Part shown: positions 13,040 through 25,430 of the stretch, piece after piece | How the letters are laid out: each line of letters opens with the position of its first letter | Numbering within the stretch: position 1 is the stretch's first letter | The notes under the pieces: model-generated | Database searches by the model: none | The model's input: the letters and a program-made list of their open reading frames with translations, nothing else | Told to the model about the DNA's origin: nothing | Translations under genes and position numbers: made by a program | Assembly (NCBI GenBank): GCA_964016885.1 | Contig: OZ024752.1 | Coordinates: forward strand, 7,006,001-7,070,000 | DNA from: Eledone cirrhosa | Taxonomy: Eukaryota | Direction of reading: 5' to 3' | DNA length: 64,000 bases

Positions 13040-13832
13040 AATTCTATAAAATGCACACAATGCAGATCTTGGGTACACAAGAGATGTAGCGGAATAGCAG
13101 GCAAACTAACAGGTAAGGAGAAATATGTATGCAGTAGATGTACAGGGAAATTAGACAGTAGAAGTCGCAGTGATAGACACATTTTTCAAATGCAGGCAGG
13201 TGCTATAGAAGTGGTGGATAGCTTCCGGTACCTAGGAGATCAGATTAGCATGGGAGGGGGTGTTCTGAGGCCATAGTATCTAGAATAAGGACGGGTTGGA
13301 AGAAGTTTAGGGAGCTGCTTCCTCTGCTGACGAAGAAGGGTTTCTTCCTGCATACGAAAGGCCGGTTATATGATGCCTGTCTGAGGAGCACGATGTTGCA
13401 TGGTAGTGAGACATGGGCAGCAACTGCAGAGGATATGTGACGGCTGGAGAGAAATGAGGCAAGCATGCTCCATTGGATGTGCAGTGTCAATGTGCGTGAA
13501 CGACCCAGCATGTATGTGTTGAGAGAGAAACTGTGTATGAGGGAGATAGAATGTAGTGTACGGGAGAGGAGACTGAGGTGGTATGGACATGTGATGCGCA
13601 TGGAGGATGACCGATGGGTGAAGAAGTGCCAGGAAATGCCAGTTGAAGGAAGACGTGGTAGAGGTAGACCACGAAAAACATGGGCGGAGGTGGTGAGAAC
13701 AGACCTCAGATCATTGAAGCTCACGGTGGAGATGACGAAGGACCGTGACACGTGAAGAGATGCTGTGCTGAATAAGACCCGTCCCACCCTTGCAAGCAGG
13801 GAAGAGCGGACGTAAAATGATGATGATGATGA
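13040..13832 (+). mobile_element. RTE family B 3' fragment (decayed)
   Basis: NSIKCTQCRSWVHKRC..., FRYLG, RLRWYGHVMRM, GRGRPRKTW; internal stop at 13438; very short 3' UTR and (TGA)n tail. Confidence 0.9.
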
Positions 13833-14092
13833 TATATATATATATAGTAAAATATATTAATATATATATATATAGTAAAATATATTAATATATATATAGC
13901 AAAATATATTAATATATATATATATATATATATAGTAAAATATATTAATATATATATATATATATATATAGTAAAATATATTAATATATATATATATATA
14001 TATATATAGTAAAATATATTAATATATATATATATATATATATATAGTAAAATATATTAATATATATATATATATATATATAGTAAAATATA

Positions 14093-14127
<35 letters not shown>

Positions 14128-14302
14128 AAATATATTAATATATATATAGCAAAATATATTAATATATATATATATATATATATAGTAAAATATATTAATA
14201 TATATATATATATATACATAGTAAAATATATTAATATATATATAGAGTAAAATATATTAATATATATATAGAGTAAAATATATTAATATATATATATATA
14301 TA
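13832..14302. repeat. (TA)n-gtaaaatatattaa minisatellite
   Basis: Same unit also at 10735..10790 and 13006..13040. Confidence 0.93.
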
Positions 14303-14884
14303 ATAAAACTATAAATGTATAAATGTAGACAGATTTATGTAATCTTGGTTAGTTTTATTCTGAATAACAGAATAAATATAGAAAACTATATTTACAAACA
14401 CTTTCCATCAATTACAAGAATTATATTTATAACTGGTTAATTGTATTTATAAATCACTAATTATAATTTTGTGAGAGTTTGACTCGTTTTACTTTCTCAT
14501 AGTTTTCTCTTCAATAAAATATGTCCGACAAATTCTATGAAATTAATGTAGCATTCCTACTGCAAGAGTAATTCTATTGTGGTCATGTTCACTACATATT
14601 TTGCTCCAGTAGTTATTGATTAGGGAATAAAAACCATTCTATTACTTTCAATATAAGTTGCTAAGTTATATAAATATTAAGATGAAGTTAAAACTTCTGA
14701 AACAATTTCTTCAAATTAAATTACAAAAACGGGATTTTAATCCATCATTTTCTTGTTCCACAATTTCTTAAATTATTTAAACATCAGTGATTAAGTGAAA
14801 CATGTATTTCTTGTAATAAGGATAATTTCCAGAGCTAGAGGTAGTCATGGTAATGATCTACTGAACAATAGCAACTAAGGCTTA

Positions 14885-15272
14885 GTTGGTCACATGACCA
14901 TGTCACATGATTCCTAACATTCTGTGTAAGGTTTTGTTGGTCACATGACCATGTTACATGATTCCTAACATTCTCTGTATAAGGCCTTGATCACTTGACA
15001 TTATCACATGATTCCTAACAGACTGTATAAGACTTTGTTGGTCACATGACATTATCACATGGTTCCTAACAGACTGTATAAGACTTTGTTGGTCACATGA
15101 CATTATCACATGGTTCCTAACAGACTGTATAAGACTGTTGGTCACATGACATTATCACATGGTTCCTAACAGACTGTATAAGACTTTGTTGGTCACATGA
15201 CATTATCACATGGTTCCTAAGACTGTATAAGACTTTGTTGGTCACATGACATTATCACATGATTCCTAATAT
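14885..15272. repeat. ~51-bp minisatellite, ~7 copies
   Basis: ttggtcacatgacattatcacatggttcctaacagactgtataagactttg at 15038, 15089 and onward. Confidence 0.93.
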
Positions 15273-16084
15273 TAGGTGCAAGGCTTTGTTTTCAAAGGCT
15301 AAGAATTTAATATCAGATTAGAATTTAGCATCAGAATAACTATAAACAAATTACTGATATTTAAAGGATTCCTGAACAAAGAATGGAATAAGAGAAGAAA
15401 AGGAATTTGTCTGAAATACACTTTAAAAGACAATTATTGCAAACAACAACAGATTAACTTTAGAAATAGAGTTTGATTTCCGCTGAAAAGTTGTCTGTTT
15501 TTAGAACACAGTTAACAAAACAAAGGAATTTTGTCTCTTCTTTTGTTGAGACAAAACAAGTTCCATCAAATACCAGAGTTCTTCAATGTTGTTATCATTT
15601 TATCTATCATCATCATCATCATTTTACATCAGCTTTCCATATTTGTATGGATTGGACAGGTCATGATGGTCTGGGACTAGATTGGCCAGAGCACCACATT
15701 CCTATATTCCATATTTAGCATGGTCTCTACAAATCGATACCTTTCCTAATGCCAACCACTTTACATATGTCACCCTTTTTTTACAAATTTATCACCATCA
15801 TAAACATTTTGAATCCTTTTATTTTCATGTTGGCATGGGTTGGACAGGTCATTACAAACCAAGTGGGTAATTAAGTGGGCAAAGGATGTACCTCAATGCC
15901 TATCCCAATGCCAACTACTTTACAGGGTGTACTGGGTGTATTTTATCATTTCATGAGCACTAGAGAAGTTATGTCATTAACTCAACTGAAGAGTTAGACC
16001 TTGTTTGTGAAGAAAATATAAGTATGGTCATTTAATAGATTATAATGAGTGGATGAAGAACAAGGAATTCCAAGTTATAGCAGA

Positions 16085-16520
16085 AGAGGTCTGAAACAGA
16101 TATGAAGTAGAGGTGGTCTAAAACAGATATAAACAGAAGGAAGAGGTAGAGGTGGTCTGAAACAGATATGAAGAGGAGGGAAGAGGTAGAGGTGGTCTAA
16201 AACAGATATGGATGGAAGGAAGAGGTAGAGGTGGTCTAAAACAGATATAAACAGAAGGAAGAGGTAGTCTGAAACAGATATGAAGAGGAGGGAAGAGGTA
16301 GAGGTGGTCTAAAACAGATATGGATGGAAGGAAGAGGTAGAGGTGGTCTAAAACAGATATGAATGGAAGGAAGAGGTAGAGGTGGTCTAAAACAGATATG
16401 AATGGAAGGAAGAGGTAGAGGTGGTCTAAAACAGATATGAATGGAAGGAAGAGGTAGAGGTGGTCTAAAACAGATATGAAGAGGAGGGAGAGGCAGAGAT
16501 GGTAAAAGTCTAAAACAGAT
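16085..16520. repeat. ~39-bp purine-rich minisatellite
   Basis: gaggtagaggtggtctaaaacagatatgaatggaaggaa at 16334, 16373 and onward. Confidence 0.93.
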
Positions 16521-16889
16521 AATTTAAGGATACTGAATCACACAAAGTAGATAAAGAAAAAAAGACATGGGGTGGGGGAGAAGTAATTTAACCCTTACAA
16601 GCATGAAATAAATGGCTGCAAAAAAAAGATGAGATAGAGATAAGATGAAGATGACATGGGTTAAAGTAGTGAAAGGTGATTTTAGGAGACTGAACATGAT
16701 GAAATAGATGACAAAAGGAAGGAGACAAGTGAGAAGTACTGGAGAGGATTGATGTGATCTGTGCAGGAAAACAGACGATGTGGTAAATGTAACCAGAAGT
16801 TCACATAAGAGATGTCAAAGGAAAGAAATGGAGGAATTTTGTACTGGAGAGTCTAGCCCATAGAATCATGGAAAAACTGGCATAATAAG

Positions 16890-17305
16890 GGTTTCTACTT
16901 TTGGCACAAGGCCAGCAATTATCACAGTGTATTACTGGTACTTTATTTTATCGACCCTGTAAGGATGAAAAGCAAAGTTAACCTCGGCGGGATTTGAACT
17001 CAGAATGGAAAGGGCCGTAACTCTATGCTGCAAAGCATGGCGTCCGACCCTCTACCGATACTGCCAATCCACCACCCTTGGCATAATAATGGTTTCTGAT
17101 TTAGACACAAGGCCAACAATTTGGAGGGAGGAGGGGAAAGTTGATTAAATCAACCCCAGTGTATTACTGCTACTTCATTTTATCGACCATGTAAGGATGA
17201 AAGGCAAAGCTAACCTCGGCAGAATTTGAACTCAGAATGTAAAGGGATGTAACTATACTGCAAAGCATGTCTGACGCTCTACCAATTCTGCCAACCCAGC
17301 GCCCT
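16890..17305 (-). mobile_element. Two tandem SINE S1 copies
   Basis: A-box-like tggcagtatcgg and B-box-like gagttcaaatcc on the minus strand, twice. Confidence 0.85.
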
Positions 17306-17849
17306 TTTTACACATGGAAGCAGGCGTAATAATTATGATATAAGTATGCTTCAAGTAGATCATTAAAAATATTTATGAGAAAATTTATGAAAGTTTTTTG
17401 TTGTTCTTCTCCAGGGTTAAGGTAGGATTTCAATATTTGAAATAAAGCAAAAATACTCATTTATTAATGAGAACAAACAGGTGTTTTCAATGTAAAAGAT
17501 CTGAAGAATACTGTTATGGCAACAGAGGGAAGAAATTCTATTTAAAAAATGATAATTTTAAATAAAACCAATAACAATGAGGAGAGTTTTTAAATTTGGA
17601 TAAGGATAGTTTTTTGTTGTTTATAGAAATATCAAATGAATTGATGTGATTTGCCCAACATATTCTTGTTTATTCCAAGAAGAACATTGCCTGCCTGTAA
17701 TGTCACAACTTACCTCTTCTCATACAACAATAACATCATTTTAGACAAATTTTTCCACTGGTGTTCAAAGGTCTTCACTAGTTTACATATTCAAATACGT
17801 TTTATAATAGTATCATATTTATTTCATGTTTTAACAAATTTGAAGGTCA

Positions 17850-18087
17850 TCGTGCCACAATAAAAAGCACCCAGTCAACACTGTTAGATTGTCATTTTGG
17901 TGCCATGATAAAAAGCACCCAGTCCATACTGTAAAGTGGTTGGTGCTAGCAAGGGCATCCAACCATAGAAACCAAGTCAAAATACAGATTGGTATGAACA
18001 AGTTGGTCATCTGGCCTGACTTGTCTCATAATGTGACAACCTCTCTAACACATGCAAGTGTGGAAAAATGGATGTTAAATGATGATG
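17850..18087 (+). mobile_element. SINE/RTE-tail fragment
   Basis: aaaaagcacccagtccatactgtaaagtggttggtgctagcaagggcatcc...catgcaagtgtggaaaaatggatgttaaatgatgatg resembles the family A 3' UTR. Confidence 0.7.
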
Positions 18088-18199
18088 GTGTATCATACAA
18101 TGGCCTTGCTCACACCCTCATGTTTATATAACGTTGTTTGTCCAGCCAACCCCACATGTATGGTAGCCTCTATGGTTATATTGAATTACATGTACAAAC

Positions 18200-18550
18200 A
18201 TTTGTAGTAAATAAATCATGATTAAAAGACACTAGACCAGATAACAGATCAACCGTAGTGACAACAAGGAGTGTGAGAAAGAGCAAGAAATCATTGAGAA
18301 AAGATCTGAAGTGAAAAATTGCAAAAGTTTTGGGTATGAAAAAAATTGAAGTTGTGCCATTCATAGTATATGGGTGGTGTGTGTGTGTGTGGGGGGGGGG
18401 TAATTCATAGTATATGGGTGGTGTGTGTGTGTGTGTGGGGGGGGGGGTTAACTCATAGTATATGTATTGTGTGGGTGTGTGGGTGGGGGTGTAATTACTC
18501 TCACTAGAATTACAAAGGATATGAAATCATGGTTGGAGAATATTGGGACT
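18200..18550 (+). mobile_element. Possible R4/Dong-type LINE restriction-like endonuclease relic
   Basis: Degenerate translation RPD...KDLK*KIAKVLGMKKIEVVPF...KDMKSWLENIG resembles R4/Dong C-termini; interrupted by (TG)/(G)n runs. Confidence 0.45.
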
Positions 18551-18563
18551 CAAATTTAAGCTC

Positions 18564-18790
18564 ATTGAGAGATCACAGCTCCGATACTATGGCCATGTGG
18601 TTAGAATGTCTCAGGAAAGAATCACTGAATTGAGAGATCACAGCTCTGATACTATGGCCATGTGGTTAGAATGTCTCAGGAAAGAATCACTGAATTGAGA
18701 GATCACAGCTCTGATACTATGGCCATGTGGTTAGAATGTCTCAGGAAAGAATCACTGGACAGATTTTATGGGCAAAACCAACAGGTAGGA
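18564..18790 (+). mobile_element. RTE fragment with a triplicated 65-bp segment
   Basis: attgagagatcacagctc starts at 18564, 18629 and 18694 (ERSQLRYYGHVVRMSQERIT); homologous to 5725..5830 on the minus strand. Confidence 0.85.
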
Positions 18791-21700
18791 GAAGTCTTAA
18801 ACAGCAGTGGGAGATGTCTTAAATAGTAGTAGGATAAGTCTTAAATAGTAGTAGGATAAGTCTTAAATAGTAGTAGGATAAGTCTTAAATAGTAGTAGGA
18901 TAAGTCTTAAATAGTAGTAGGATAAGTCTTAAATAGTAGTAGGATAAGTCTTAAATAGTAGTAGGAGAAGTCTTAAATAGTAGTAGGATAAGTCTTAAAT
19001 AGTAGTAGGATAAGTCTTAAATAGTAGTAGGATAAGTCTTAAACAGCAGCGAGAGAAGTCTTAAACAGCAGCGGGAGAAGTCTTAAACAGCAGCGGGAGA
19101 AGTCTTAAACAGCAGCGGGAGAAGTCTTAAACAGCAGCGGGAGAAGTCTTAAACAGCAGCGGGAGAAGTCTTAAACAGCAGCGGGAGAAGTCTTAAACAG
19201 CAGCGGGAGAAGTCTTAAACAGCAGCGGGAGAAGTCTTAAACAGCAGCGGGAGAAGTCTTAAACAGCAGCGGGAGAAGTCTTAAACAGCAGCGGGAGAAG
19301 TCTTAAACAGCAGCGGGAGAAGTCTTAAACAGCAGCGGGAGAAGTCTTAAACAGCAGCAGGCGAAGTCTTAAACGGCAGTAGGAGAAATTGTAAACGGCA
19401 GTGGGACAAGTCTTAAACGGCAGTAGGGCAAGTCTTAAACGGCAGTAGGGCAGGTCTTAAACGGCAGTAGGGCAGGTCTTAAACGGCAGTAGGGCAGGTC
19501 TTAAACGGCAGTAGGGCAAGTCTTAAACGGCAGTAGGGCAAGTCTTAAATGGCAGTGGGACAAGTCTTAAACGGCAGTAGGGCAGGTCTTAAACGGCAGT
19601 AGGGCAAGTCTTAAACGGCAAGTAGGGCAAGTCTTAAACGGCAGTAGGGCAGGTCTTAAACGGCAGTAGGGCAAGTCTTAAACGGCAGTAGGGCAAGTCT
19701 TAAACGGCAGTAGGGCAAGTCTTAAACGGCAGTAGGGCAAGTCTTAAACGGCAGTAGGGCAAGTCTTAAATGGCAGTGGGACAAGTCTTAAACGGCAGTA
19801 GGGCAAGTCTTAAATGGCAGTAGGGCAGGTCTTAAACGGCAGTAGGGCAAGTCTTAAATGGCAGTGGGACAAGTCTTAAACGGCAGTAGGGCAAGTCTTA
19901 AACGGCAGTAGGAGAAGTCTTAAACGGCAGTAGGAGAAGTCTTAAACAGCAGTAGGGCAGGTCTTAAACGGCAGTAGGGCAAGTCTTAAATGGCAGTGGG
20001 ACAAGTCTTAAACGGCAGTAGGGCAAGTCTTAAACGGCAGTAGGGCAAGTCTTAAACGGCAGTAGGAGAAGTCTTAAACAGCAGTAGGGCAGGTCTTAAA
20101 CGGCAGTAGGGCAAGTCTTAAACGGCAGTAGGGCAAGTCTTAAACGGCAGTAGGGCAAGTCTTAAACGGCAGTAGGGCAAGTCTTAAACGGCAGTAGGAG
20201 AAGTCTTAAACGGCAGTAGGAGAAGTCTTAAACAGCAGTAGGGCAGGTCTTAAACGGCAGTGGGGCAAGTCTTAAACGGCAGTAGAGCAAGTCTTAAACG
20301 GCAGTAGGAGAAGTCTTAAACAGCAGTAGGGCAGGTCTTAAACGGCAGTAGGGCAAGTCTTAAACAGCAGTAGGGCAGGTCTTAAACGGCAGTAGGGCAA
20401 GTCTTAAACGGCAGTAGGGCAAGTCTTAAATGGCAGTGGGACAAGTCTTAAACGGCAGTAGGGCAGGTCTTAAACGGCAGTAGGGCAAGTCTTAAACGGC
20501 AAGTAGGGCAAGTCTTAAACGGCAGTAGGGCAGGTCTTAAACGGCAGTAGGGCAGGTCTTAAACGGCAGTAGGGCAAGTCTTAAACGGCAGTAGGGCAAG
20601 TCTTAAATGGCAGTGGGACAAGTCTTAAACGGCAGTAGGGCAGGTCTTAAACGGCAGTAGGGCAAGTCTTAAACGGCAGTAGGGCAAGTCTTAAATGGCA
20701 GTAGGGCAGGTCTTAAACGGCAGTAGGGCAAGTCTTAAATGGCAGTGGGACAAGTCTTAAACGGCAATAGGGCAAGTCTTAAATGGCAGTAGGGCAAGTC
20801 TTAAACGGCAGTAGGGCAAGTCTTAAACGGCAGTAGGAGAAGTCTTAAACGGCAGTAGGAGAAGTCTTAAACAGCAGTAGGGCAGGTCTTAAACGGCAGT
20901 AGGGCAAGTCTTAAATGGCAGTGGGACAAGTCTTAAACGGCAGTAGGGCAAGTCTTAAACGGCAGTAGGGCAAGTCTTAAACGGCAGTAGGAGAAGTCTT
21001 AAACAGCAGTAGGGCAGGTCTTAAACGGCAGTAGGGCAAGTCTTAAACGGCAGTAGGGCAAGTCTTAAACGGCAGTAGGGCAAGTCTTAAACGGCAGTAG
21101 GAGAAGTCTTAAACGGCAGTAGGAGAAGTCTTAAACAGCAGTAGGGCAGGTCTTAAACGGCAGTAGGGCAAGTCTTAAATGGCAGTGGGACAAGTCTTAA
21201 ACGGCAGTAGGGCAAGTCTTAAACGGCAGTAGGGCAAGTCTTAAACGGCAGTAGGGCAAGTCTTAAACGGCAGTAGGAGAAGTCTTAAACAGCAGTAGGG
21301 CAGGTCTTAAACGGCAGTGGGGCAAGTCTTAAACGGCAGTAGAGCAAGTCTTAAACGGCAGTAGGAGAAGTCTTAAACAGCAGTAGGGCAGGTCTTAAAC
21401 GGCAGTGGGGCAAGTCTTAAACGGCAGTAGAGCAAGTCTTAAACGGCAGTAGGAGAAGTCTTAAACAGCAGTAGGGCAAGTCTTAAACGGCAGTAGGGCA
21501 AGTCTTAAACGGCAGTAGGGCAAGTCTTAAACGGCAGTAGGGCAAGTCTTAAACGGCAGTAGGGCAAGTCTTAAACGGCAGTAGGAGAAGTCTTAAACGG
21601 CAGTAGGGCAGGTCTTAAACGGCAGTAGGGCAGGTCTTAAACGGCAGTAGGGCAAGTCTTAAACGGCAGTAGGAGAAGTCTTAAACAGCAGTAGGGCAGG

Positions 21701-22098
21701 TCTTAAACGGCAGTAGGGCAAGTCTTAAACGGCAGTAGGGCAAGTCTTAAACGGCAGTAGGGCAGGTCTTAAACGGCAGTAGGGCAAGTCTTAAACGGCA
21801 GTAGGGCAAGTCTTAAACGGCAGCAGGAGAAGTCTTAAACAGCAGTAGGGCAGGTCTTAAACGGCAGTAGGGCAAGTCTTAAACGGCAGTAGGGCAGGTC
21901 TTAAACGGCAGTAGGGCAAGTCTTAAACGGCAGTAGGGCAAGTCTTAAACGGCAGTAGGGCAAGTCTTAAATGGCAGTAGGGCAAGTCTTAAATGGCAGT
22001 AGGGCAGGTCTTAAACGGCAGTAGGGCAAGTCTTAAACGGCAGTAGGGCAAGTCTTAAAGAACAGCAGGAGAAGTCTTAAACAGCAGTGGGAGAAGTC
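18790..22098. repeat. 22-bp minisatellite, ~150 copies, zoned variants
   Basis: Invariant gtcttaaa core; tails tagtagtaggataa, cagcagcgggagaa and cggcagtagggcaa. Confidence 0.98.
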
Positions 22099-22354
22099 AG
22101 TTGATTCCATTGAACTATTTAAATATATTTATAAGTTTCTATCCATTTGTTTTCTGTCTTTCCAATGACATCCAACAGAATTAGTATTCATGTTATGTCC
22201 AGAATAATCAATACAATTTCTTTTTCAAATTAACAGAGAATCAAGAAACTATAAAACATTGCAGTGTGAGGGGAAATGTCTTGTAATAACTGGTATTGTT
22301 ACTGATATAGTATCAATATAACTGTTGTAATATATTGATATATTATCAGCATGG

Positions 22355-22412
22355 TTGTGTCTGTCTGTGTCTGTGTCTGTGTGTGTGTCTGTGTGTGTGT
22401 GTCTGTGTGTGT

Positions 22413-22457
<45 letters not shown>

Positions 22458-22578
22458 TGTGTGTGTGTGTGTGTGTCTGTGTGTGTGTGTGTGTGTCTAT
22501 GTGTATTGGTGTGGGTGTGTCTGTGTGGGTGTGTCTGTGTCTGAGTGTGTGTGTGTGTGTCTGTGTGTGTGTGTCTGT

Positions 22579-22618
<40 letters not shown>

Positions 22619-22662
22619 ATGTGTGTGTGTGTGCGTGTGTGTGTGTGCGTGCGTGCGTGCGT
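22355..22662. repeat. (TG)n microsatellite
   Basis: Direct inspection. Confidence 0.96.
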
Positions 22663-22740
22663 GGTTACATTTACTGTGCGTGTTTACATTTACTTGTGTT
22701 CAAAAAATATCTACCATGATTTGACAAAAAAAAAAAAAAA

Positions 22741-23020
22741 GTACTGAGGGCCAATATGATTGACTAAACCATTCAATGTGATGCCCCAGTATGGCCAGAG
22801 TTTAATAACTAAAACCAGTAAAAGACTAAACCATTCAATGTGATGCCCCAGTATGGCCAGAGTTTAATAACTAAAACCAGTAAAAGACTAAACCATTCAA
22901 TGTGATGCCCCAGTATGGCCAGAGTTTAATAACTAAAACCAGTAAAAGACTAAACCATTCAATGTGGTGCCCCAGTATGGCCAGAGTTTAATAACTAAAA
23001 CCAGTAAAAGACTAAAAGAA
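22741..23020 (+). repeat. 62-bp unit x4 derived from a SINE 3' tail
   Basis: gactaaaccattcaatgtgatgccccagtatggccagag at 22762, 22824 and onward; homologous to 8480..8570. Confidence 0.88.
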
Positions 23021-23617
23021 TGCCACAAGTATAAACATGTGTAAGATGTTTTATAAAAGGTGAGACTTCTAGGTCAGATTTTCATTGTGTTACAAAGTTC
23101 ATTAAAATACGATCCATTGTGGCAGACATTAGTGATAAAATAACAGAAAATGTAAATAAATAATGGAATATTCTGTTGTAGAATCATCTCGCTTCCATTC
23201 TCATCGTTTTACACATCAAATAATAGTCAGGGTTTGTTTTTTTGCCAAATTTTATCAAAGCTATGTTTGTGGTTTGGTAGAGTCATTAATGTGTTAGGTT
23301 AAATATACCTTGGCACCTGTTATAGCTCACTGTACGCTGAATTCAAACCTTGTATGGGTCAACCTGACTCTTTGTCCTTTTGAGGTCAATAAAGTACCAG
23401 TCAAGTTGATTCTTTCTCTCTTTCTCTGGAAGAAATTGGTTAAGTTCCAGCCTGGAGAAGGATGGGCTCTGATAGATTTAAAAAGCCCAAGACAGTGTAC
23501 GTCAAGTTGGTGCCGCGATAACTCCATCAGGAGATAAAAGCCTTTGTCTTCTTTTGTCATGTAGCAACACATGGCCACGTAGGTTCCTCTCTGACAAATC
23601 TCCGAAGTTCGTTCAGA

Positions 23618-23664
23618 CCCCTCCTGAAGATGGATCAGACATCCGAAATATAGGGACCAATAAA
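23618..23664 (+). ncRNA. Minimal hammerhead-like motif (Penelope pLTR type)
   Basis: CTGAAGA-t-GGAT-cagac-ATCC-GAAA-ta-TA-ggg followed by AATAAA; weak stem I. Confidence 0.5.
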
Positions 23665-23832
23665 TCTATTCCAAGGTAACTTCATTTCTCGTTTTCATTT
23701 CATTTTACATTTCTTTTTCCTAATTCCTCCCTTCCTCTTTATCCCCTTTCTTCTTACTGCCACGTCATTTTGTTACCTGGAGATTTATCCATCTGCATTG
23801 TAAAGGCTTCCAAAAACGACTATATATATATA

Positions 23833-24300
23833 TCATCATCATCATCGTTTAACGTCCATCTTCCACGCTTGCATGGGTTTGGACGGGAGTTTTCCCACCT
23901 GAGGCAAGATTGGTTGTCCGGCTCGTATAGGACTGTCTGGTGGATGCCCTTCCTAACACCAACCACGTTTACAGTGTGTACTGGGAGGTTTTTACTGTGC
24001 TCCTACACGGCCACATTACAGCGTGGACTGTGTGTTTTTTTGTCGTGACACCTACACGACCTCATTTGTTTCGGACTGGATGTTGTGGTACCAACATAAC
24101 TTCACATTTAAGGGGGTGGTGTGGATGGGGTGGGGGTAGTAGGAAGGGGGTGTATTTCGTTAGAGGTGCCTACTGACTGTAGGTTTCGCTTTGTACTTAG
24201 GTAAGGCGGGTCTTCTGTATAACGCCAAAGCTCTCGGTCCAGTGACATTGTCTTGGAGAGGTACACAGAGATATCCACGGTAAGTTGTGGGGTCTAGTCT
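23833..24300 (-). mobile_element. RTE family A 3' fragment
   Basis: Reverse complement of the family A ORF end and 3' UTR; (TCA)n abutting (TA)n. Confidence 0.9.
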
Positions 24301-24396
24301 GCATGAAGAACTCAATGTAATCCATATGTTGAAAATGTAGGTTAAAATAAATCCGGAAAACAATAAAACATTAAAAGGAAAACAGAGTCATGATAT

Positions 24397-24761
24397 AAGT
24401 TAAAACAATGAAATAAAAAATCAAGGCATTAGAAATATACTTCACTGCTTTACAATCGTTTCTAGGTGATGATAATACATCGTAATTATACTTCGATATC
24501 GATCTATGTAAGGTTAGTTACAAAATATCAGATAAAGAGAATATTTACTTACATGCATATCACCAGCTTCAAAGATTGCTTTTGATAACAGCTGGTGATA
24601 TGCATGTAAGTAAATATTTTATTTATCTGATATTTTGTAACTAACCTTACATAGATCGATATCGAAGTATAGTTACGATGTATTGTCATCACCTAGAAAC
24701 GATCGTAAAGCAATGAAGTATATTTCTAATGACTTGATTTTTTATTTCATTGTTTTAACTT
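24397..24761. repeat. Fold-back inverted repeat, 172-bp arms, 21-nt loop
   Basis: Arms 24397..24568 and 24590..24761, about 7 mismatches by eye. Confidence 0.96.
24575..24714 (+). ncRNA. Type I hammerhead-like ribozyme with U3-A8 core variant and long stem II insert
   Basis: ATTGCTT-TTGATAA-[107 nt containing ggtgat/atcacc]-GAAA-C-GATC-G-TA-AAGCAAT. Confidence 0.6.
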
Positions 24762-24771
24762 TATATACATA

Positions 24772-24940
24772 TACTGTATTTCTCGGCATCGAAGATGCTA
24801 CTTTTTTCCTAAAATAAGTCTAAAAAAAATCTACCATGTGTCCTGAAGGCCGAAGGTTATTTATTATTTTTGTTCAAATTTTTGGTTGTCAAAATTAGGA
24901 TGCGTCCTCGAGGACAAAGCATCTTCGGCGCCGGAAAGGT
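24772..24940 (+). mobile_element. Possible Tc2/pogo-like DNA transposon end
   Basis: TA-ctgtatttctcggcatcgaagatgct start and an inverted copy agcatcttcggcgccggaaa; an end-like motif (cttatatttgagtatacacagta) also near 55695..55718. Confidence 0.4.
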
Positions 24941-25034
24941 AAATCAAACAATACAAGTGGAACAAAATGAAAGAAAATAAAATACACTTCAGAGATGAAA
25001 TGTGTGTGTGTATGTGTGTATGGGGACCTACATG

Positions 25035-25243
25035 CAGAGAGAGAGAACAAGAGAGAGAGAGAAAGAGAACAAGAAGTCATCTTGGTGTGTGTGTGTTTGG
25101 AGAACAAGAGATAGAGAACAAGAGAGAGAGAACAAGAGAGAGAGAGAGAGAGAACAAGAGAGAGAGAACAAGAGAGAGAGAAGAGAGAGAACAAGAGAGA
25201 GAGAAGAGAGAGAGAGAGAGAGAACAAGAGAGAGAGAGAGAGA

Positions 25244-25281
<38 letters not shown>

Positions 25282-25430
25282 AAGAGAGAGAGAGAGAGAA
25301 CAAGAGAGAGAGAGAGAGAACAAGAGAGAGAGAGAGAGAACAAGAGAGAGAGAGAGAGAACAAGAGAGAGAGAGAGAACAAGAGAGAGAGAGAGAGAGAG
25401 AGAACAAGAGAGAGAGAGAGAGAGAGAGAC
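25035..25430. repeat. (GA)n-acaa microsatellite
   Basis: Direct inspection. Confidence 0.96.

Noticed and set aside
16890-17078. tRNA genes
   Set aside because: A/B-box-like heads belong to SINEs; no cloverleaf or acceptor stem seen.
18790-22098. CRISPR-like appearance of short regular repeats (also 37119, 53799, 54408)
   Set aside because: Head-to-tail units with no unique spacers, no cas genes, eukaryotic context.
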